This document shows positions 58,722 through 64,000 of a stretch of DNA of 64,000 nucleotides, piece by piece (the first letter of the stretch is position 1; the number at the start of each line of letters is the position of its first letter). The notes under the pieces were generated by a model, which worked only from the letters and a program-made list of their open reading frames with translations, was not told the origin of the DNA and searched no databases. The stretch spans positions 73,205 through 137,204 of the forward strand of contig PCYA01000014.1 in assembly GCA_002762795.1 (NCBI GenBank), read 5' to 3'. The DNA is from Candidatus Woesearchaeota archaeon CG10_big_fil_rev_8_21_14_0_10_37_12 (GTDB lineage: Archaea; Nanobdellota; Nanobdellia; Woesearchaeales; ARS49). A program made the translations under genes and the position numbers.

Positions 58722-59288
58722 TTAAATTTTTCCCACTAAATCCAGTCCTGGTTTGAGTGTTTTTCCGCCTGGTTTCCAGCTTGCTGGGCAGACTTGTCCG
58801 GGGTTTTCTGCAACAAATTGTGCTGCTTGTAATCTTCGCAGTACTTCATGTACACTTCTTCCAATGCTGTTGTCATGGATGTCATATGATTTGATGTTTC
58901 CATCTGGATCAATAATGACTGTACACCGTAAGGAAAGTCCTTCTTCCTCAATGAGTGTACCGTAGTCTATGCAGATTTTTCTTGTTGGATCTGCGATCAT
59001 GGGAAACTTAATTTTTTTTATGGTTTCACTGTTGTCATGCCATGCTTTGTGTACAAATGCTGTGTCTGTGCTGACTGCAAGTACTTCTGTGTTTATTTTC
59101 GTGAATTCGTCGTAGTGGTCTGCAAATTCTCCAAGTTCTGTTGGACAGATAAATGTAAAATCTGCTGGATAAAATAGCAATACTACCCATTTGCCTTTGT
59201 AGCTTTTTAAGTCTATTTTTTGTATTGCATCAGTGTGATATGCTTCTGCATGGAATTCTGGTGCTTGTTTTCCTATGTATGTGTTCAT
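58722..59288 (-). CDS. ahpC: 2-Cys peroxiredoxin (AhpC)
   Basis: FYPADFTFICPTE and GQVCPASW motifs; GGAGG RBS. Confidence 0.95.
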   Translation of the reverse strand: MNTYIGKQAPEFHAEAYHTDAIQKIDLKSYKGKWVVLLFYPADFTFICPTELGEFADHYDEFTKINTEVLAVSTDTAFVHKAWHDNSETIKKIKFPMIADPTRKICIDYGTLIEEEGLSLRCTVIIDPDGNIKSYDIHDNSIGRSVHEVLRRLQAAQFVAENPGQVCPASWKPGGKTLKPGLDLVGKI

Positions 59289-59446
59289 AAAATCTCCTCC
59301 CCGTATTTGATTCAGAACTAAGAGTATAAATAAATTATGATTTTACATGTACAATGTAGACAGTCCATCGTTTCTGCTTGCTGTATAATGCGTACTGCAT
59401 ACTAATTGTCGCTAGATTTATAAATGACCTTTCTTTACAATTCTTT

Positions 59447-61645
59447 GTGAAAAAGAGGTTGTTACCCTTAGTTTTGTTAGTTTCTTTGCTAGCGCTAGCA
59501 GTTGAAGCTATTCCAAGTGTAACAAATATTGAACATTTAGCTCCTGCTATTGTGAATAATAGTCAGACAAACATTACGCTGATGACATTCACATTAACAA
59601 CAATTGAGAATTTTCCGGCAGGTCGTTGGTCTGGCAGCGGCGCGTTCAGGGCAACAACATATACTGGCGCTCCAGGAGATATAAGTAAAGTTTCTTTGTA
59701 TGCTGACGACGGAAACAACATGTTCTCAAGCAATGATACTCTGTGCGGAAGTGCAACGACTGCATACAATAATCAGTTTTCATTTAAGCCAGGAGTTGAT
59801 TGTAATCTCGACACAAATGTTTCAAAAAAGTTTTTTGTTGTAATTGATATTGCAAGTTCTGCGCAAACAGGAAACGCTGTTGATTTGCGTATTGATGCAT
59901 ATAATTTATCATTTATGAGCGGTCTTGCCCCAACTTCTGCTATTAATCCTGCAGGGCAGGCATATGTAAATGCAATTATTCCTGATACGACAAATCCAGT
60001 TACAACACACAATATCCCAACAGCCTGGCAAAATGCTCTGTTTACTGTCCAGCTGGTTTGTACTGATTCTCAAAGTGGATGCGGAAGTCTGAATGCGTTA
60101 GTAAATGGAACACTTTCGAGTACGGCGGAGAACACATTAAACGTGCAGATAAGCACAGAAGGAATTCATACAATTGAATTTTGGAGTGTTGATAATACTG
60201 GTAATGAGGAAGCACATCAAACAAAAAATCTTTCTGTTGATTTAACTCGCCCAGCGCTGATTAATTTTACAACTAACACGAGTTTGGCAAATCAAAATGA
60301 TGTATTGCAGATAACTATTACGTTTTCAGATACGTTATCTGGTATTGAGCACGGTGTTTCGCCTGTGATTAGCTGGGAGAATTTGCCTGCAATGTGTGAT
60401 GGTACGTTTACTCAGACAAATTATTCTGGCAATGTTTGGAGAGGAACTACTGTTGTTCCTGCAAACTGTGATGGTACTGCAACAATTGTAGTAGCAGATA
60501 CGCAAGATATTGCAGGCAATAGAATTACCGAAACAAATGGAGGGTCTTTCACAATAGATAATACTGCTCCAGCAACTCCGAGTCTTGTAATTCCGTTAAA
60601 TAATGCTTTGTTGAATAATGATTCATTGACAAATAGTTCTGTGAACTTTTCATGGTCTGTGAGTAATATAAGCGATGTTGACCAATTTGCTGTGCAAATT
60701 GCAACAAACAGTAATTTCAGCTCAATAATTTCAGAAGTAAACACTACTGCAACAAGTGTTCTGAGAAATTTGAGTGAGGATGTTTATTATTGGCGCGTTA
60801 TATCTTATGATGCTGTTGGTAATGCTGCAAATTCTTCCAGCAACATGTTTGAGTTGTCTTCTCGCTTTATTGAAATTTTCACAGTGAACGTTACTGCAGG
60901 CGGAGTAACAACTCCTGTAACTGCTGGTTTGAGTCTTGTAATTAATACTACACAAAATAGTACGCTGTTTATTGCAGTCACAGAAAGCGAGGCAGGTTTG
61001 CCGAATGGTTTCACAGATCGTGTTGGAAGTGAATACGAGCTTTCAATAACAGATTTTGATAATGTTTCATGGCCTGTTGAATTAAATATTTATTATAACG
61101 ATTCAGTAATTGCTGGTTTAGATGAATCTTCTTTGCGCATTGGTTGGTTCTTGAATAATTGGAGTGTATTCCCTGCAAATACAAGTGGAGTAAATCTTTC
61201 TGAAAATTTTGCGTGGACAGATACTAATACGTTTATTCATATTAGCTTGTTTGCAAACGAAATACCGGCACCTTTCCAGCCATCAACGAGTCTTACAAAA
61301 AGAGGGCCTAGAAGCAGCGATAATGGCCGATCTAGTTCAGCAAAGTCAAGTACTGCGTCAACAAGTCAGGGCGAAACAACAAGTTCTGAACAGTCTACAG
61401 CACAAGCAACGCAAATCGATGAACCTGTGAAGGAGGCATTAACACCAATTCTGGAGCGTAAAGAAGCCAAACAGCGTGAAGATGCACCTGTTGAATTAGA
61501 ACCAGAAAGTTCTTCTACTGGGTTAATTACGACAGGAATTATCGCAGCAGCGCTTATCGCTTTAGCAGGGTATGGATTATCACGAAGAAAAAAAGGCAAA
61601 GGTGAATTAGAGACAAGCTTGCATAATGTTAGAAAAGGGATGTGA
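59447..61645 (+). CDS. Large surface glycoprotein with Ig-like repeats and C-terminal anchor
   Basis: Signal peptide, D.T.P and D..GN Ig/Big motifs, many N-x-S/T sequons, Ser/Thr linker, TM with basic tail. Confidence 0.85.
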   Translation: MKKRLLPLVLLVSLLALAVEAIPSVTNIEHLAPAIVNNSQTNITLMTFTLTTIENFPAGRWSGSGAFRATTYTGAPGDISKVSLYADDGNNMFSSNDTLCGSATTAYNNQFSFKPGVDCNLDTNVSKKFFVVIDIASSAQTGNAVDLRIDAYNLSFMSGLAPTSAINPAGQAYVNAIIPDTTNPVTTHNIPTAWQNALFTVQLVCTDSQSGCGSLNALVNGTLSSTAENTLNVQISTEGIHTIEFWSVDNTGNEEAHQTKNLSVDLTRPALINFTTNTSLANQNDVLQITITFSDTLSGIEHGVSPVISWENLPAMCDGTFTQTNYSGNVWRGTTVVPANCDGTATIVVADTQDIAGNRITETNGGSFTIDNTAPATPSLVIPLNNALLNNDSLTNSSVNFSWSVSNISDVDQFAVQIATNSNFSSIISEVNTTATSVLRNLSEDVYYWRVISYDAVGNAANSSSNMFELSSRFIEIFTVNVTAGGVTTPVTAGLSLVINTTQNSTLFIAVTESEAGLPNGFTDRVGSEYELSITDFDNVSWPVELNIYYNDSVIAGLDESSLRIGWFLNNWSVFPANTSGVNLSENFAWTDTNTFIHISLFANEIPAPFQPSTSLTKRGPRSSDNGRSSSAKSSTASTSQGETTSSEQSTAQATQIDEPVKEALTPILERKEAKQREDAPVELEPESSSTGLITTGIIAAALIALAGYGLSRRKKGKGELETSLHNVRKGM

Positions 61646-62020
61646 TCATCCCCAAATACCTAACAAAATACCAATAATTTCTACAATAACATATAACCAT
61701 ATGATGTAAAGAAGAGTTCCTGTTACGAATGTGATAAGTATCAGATTTATTATTTTATTTCTGTGTTGTTTTGCCTGGTCGAGAGTACAAATGCCTTTTT
61801 TTCTGAAATAAAACCATAAGCTAAGAGCAAGCAATAATAATCCTACTCCTCGAAATGCCCATTTGTATTGTCCATAGAATGTGTCTGCAAGGGATGATGC
61901 AAACGCAACGCTTGATAAACCAAATAATACTAAAACAATCGGGCTGAAACAACAAAGTCCAGCAACAAATGCAGGCAATGCTGTTATTTTGAAGATGTCT
62001 TTCCAACTGGTTTTTTGCAT
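61646..62020 (-). CDS. MerT/MerF-like 3-TM membrane protein
   Basis: LCC..P in TM1 and a loop Cys (GICT). Confidence 0.6.
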   Translation of the reverse strand: MQKTSWKDIFKITALPAFVAGLCCFSPIVLVLFGLSSVAFASSLADTFYGQYKWAFRGVGLLLLALSLWFYFRKKGICTLDQAKQHRNKIINLILITFVTGTLLYIIWLYVIVEIIGILLGIWG

Positions 62021-62070
62021 TAATTTCTATAATCATTTTATTGTTTTTTAAAGATTATGAATTAAGAAAA

Positions 62071-62154
62071 CGCCAGCACCCGGATTTGAACCGGGATATC
62101 CTTTCGGAAACTGGTTTTCAAGACCAGCGCAATACCAGGTTATGCGATGCTGGC
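62071..62154 (-). tRNA. tRNA-Ser(TGA)
   Basis: Acceptor GCCAGCA/TGCTGGC, G73, anticodon arm CTGGT-CT TGA AA-ACCAG, long variable arm. Confidence 0.95.
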
Positions 62155-62348
62155 ATAACTCTGCCACATCACGTGTTGTTTTTAAATGTTGCTGAAGATT
62201 CAGAGGAAATGCTGACGTAGTCAGGTATTGGTTAATTGTTCATAAGCAGCTCTCACTGTTTAAATATCTTCGTCTAAAAAGTTAAGAAAGCATTTTGGGA
62301 ATTCTACTTATCCTCTTCCAGCGTAACATCTTGCTTGTTGTCCTTCTG

Positions 62349-63452
62349 TTAATTCGCTTTTTGAGTATCTTGTTCTGTTACTTCTCCTGCATAGCTTATT
62401 TTCATTGCTTTTCTGTAGTCTTCAATTGTTGAACAGATGCCATTTCCTATGAGCCAGCGTACTTTGACGTCTACTGCTACATCTGTATGATCATAGCTTG
62501 GGATGCCTCCTGCTTTGATTGCTTCTAAGCCGACTTCGTAGTGTGCACCTCCTGCGCTGCCACCTACAAATTTTGTTGTGATAAATATTGGAGTCATGTA
62601 TTCTTCTGATGCTTGCTTTATGACTGGAATAAGATTGTATTGTCCTTCTGAACAGACATTGCCTTCTCCGAGTGATTTTAGAATGAGTGCTGATATGCCG
62701 CCGCCTGTTATGAACCCTAAAACTACATTTGGGTCTGTTCCTGGTGTTAGTTCAAAACTTATTACTCCTCTTCCGAATTTTGGTGCTAAGTTGAGTTTGT
62801 CTTGTGCATTTTCTTTTTTTCTGAGTAAATTTGTTTTTAGTGTGACTCCTTTTGCATCTATGACACCAACGCAGGGGCATGCTGGCGATACAAACGCGTC
62901 AAAGTCTTTTTCGCTTGCTTTTAATGTTCTGCTGCCAAGAAAAACTTTGTCCCAGAAGTTTACTATAACATCTGCAACATCTAATTCTATAGCTTTGTTT
63001 AATACTCTGAATAAATTTTCAAGGTTGAATCTTCCGTCTCCTCCAGGTTCGTAGAGGGGGTTTTGTGAGCCTGTTATGCAGATAGGTATTCGCAGTCCTG
63101 TTTTTCCGGGATTTTTACCGTGTAGTGCAAGTGCAAGTGCTGTTGATGTATATGCTAATGTGTCTGTTCCGTGTGCTATTGCAACTGCATCATAGCCTTC
63201 TTCGTCTTGCGCTTTCTTAATTCGAAAAATAAGTTTTTCCCAGTCGTTTGGAGACATATTTGTGCTATCTTTTGCTGTAACAAATTCAAAAATTATTTCT
63301 GATTCTTGTTTTAAGCTTTTTATGATTGGTTCGCAAGCGCTCTTAAAAATTGCAGAATCTTTTGGTGGAACTAATACAACATCATTTCCTCGTTGTTCAG
63401 GAACTTGGCCTATTGTTCCTCCGTTGTACAAAAATAAAATTTTTTTGGACAT
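62349..63452 (-). CDS. L-asparaginase (type I-like)
   Basis: GGTI, DS.N, HGTDT, TGSQ and K....DAF.S motifs; lacks the GatD N-terminal domain. Confidence 0.88.
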   Translation of the reverse strand: MSKKILFLYNGGTIGQVPEQRGNDVVLVPPKDSAIFKSACEPIIKSLKQESEIIFEFVTAKDSTNMSPNDWEKLIFRIKKAQDEEGYDAVAIAHGTDTLAYTSTALALALHGKNPGKTGLRIPICITGSQNPLYEPGGDGRFNLENLFRVLNKAIELDVADVIVNFWDKVFLGSRTLKASEKDFDAFVSPACPCVGVIDAKGVTLKTNLLRKKENAQDKLNLAPKFGRGVISFELTPGTDPNVVLGFITGGGISALILKSLGEGNVCSEGQYNLIPVIKQASEEYMTPIFITTKFVGGSAGGAHYEVGLEAIKAGGIPSYDHTDVAVDVKVRWLIGNGICSTIEDYRKAMKISYAGEVTEQDTQKAN

Positions 63453-63676
63453 TTTGTTATTTCTCACCAAATTTGCTGATTTGTTTTAATGAAATTTCTC
63501 CGTTAAGTATTTCTTGAATAATTCTCTTCCCAAAAGGTTGTAGTGTTTCCATATTCTTGTAAAGCAAAAAAACCCATATATTAGTGTATTCCAAAAAATG
63601 TTGTAAATATTTCCAAAAACACCATAAAATTTATAAAAAATGGAATATTTTTCCAGTTTTAATGTGAGAAACGAAA

Positions 63677-64000
63677 ATGAAACTTGATGATAAAGACCGC
63701 GCAATTATTAGAGAGTTGCTGAAGAACAGTAAACAAACAACGAGTCAATTAGGTAAAAAGCTAAACATGCCTATTACAACAGTTCATAATAGGATTAAAA
63801 AACTGGAAAAAGAGCAAATTATCAGGCATTATACTGTAAATCTTGATTACAAAAAACTTGGTCAGCCAATTCTTGCGTTTATTGGTGTGACAATAAATTA
63901 TCAAGCAGATCCTAAAAAACTAATTAACCAAACAGAAATTGCAAAAGAAATCAAGAAAATTTCTTGTGTTCAGGAATGTACTATTATGACTGGAGGAACT
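63677..64000 (+). CDS. Lrp/AsnC-family regulator (3'-truncated), divergent from asparaginase
   Basis: MKLDDKDRAII...TTVHNRIKKLE...LDYKKLG...MTG; frame open to the window end. Confidence 0.9.
   Translation, partial: MKLDDKDRAIIRELLKNSKQTTSQLGKKLNMPITTVHNRIKKLEKEQIIRHYTVNLDYKKLGQPILAFIGVTINYQADPKKLINQTEIAKEIKKISCVQECTIMTGGT

Noticed and set aside
62349-63452. GatD amidotransferase subunit
   Set aside because: Lacks the GatD N-terminal domain and an adjacent gatE; called asparaginase instead.
1-64000. Provirus, integron or diversity-generating retroelement
   Set aside because: No integrase, capsid, terminase or reverse transcriptase; the 99-bp permease repeat shows no adenine-specific variation.

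Overview
This is a 64-kb, AT-rich, gene-dense archaeal segment, most consistent with a DPANN (Woesearchaeota-like) genome. The assignment rests on intron-containing, CCA-less tRNAs, TATA-like promoters, eL13, a COG1361-ABC operon, archaeal-type AspRS, and expanded TrmB-like and double-Lrp regulators. It holds 7 tRNAs (3 with introns), housekeeping genes (sepF, truD, aspS, mgtE, ahpC, helicases), two toxin-antitoxin pairs and a bacterial-type lgt. At least 7 proteins carry lipoboxes, including 5 LivJ-like binding proteins with no transporter in the window, 3 of them divergently paired with regulators. The most notable unannotated signals are: (1) a 26-aa leader peptide ending NSNNNNN, with a strong RBS and downstream hairpins, directly upstream of a non-discriminating AspRS, a candidate Asn-sensing attenuator in an archaeon; (2) two covarying copies of a ~160-nt structured element, each right after a stop codon; (3) tRNA-5'-end-derived tandem hairpin units, a GTAC-punctuated hairpin array between IS200/IS605-like palindromes, and dispersed heptamer-periodic repeats; (4) an EndoV lacking both catalytic Asp residues and several unusual domain fusions. 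All calls come from reading the sequence by eye; no database searches were run.
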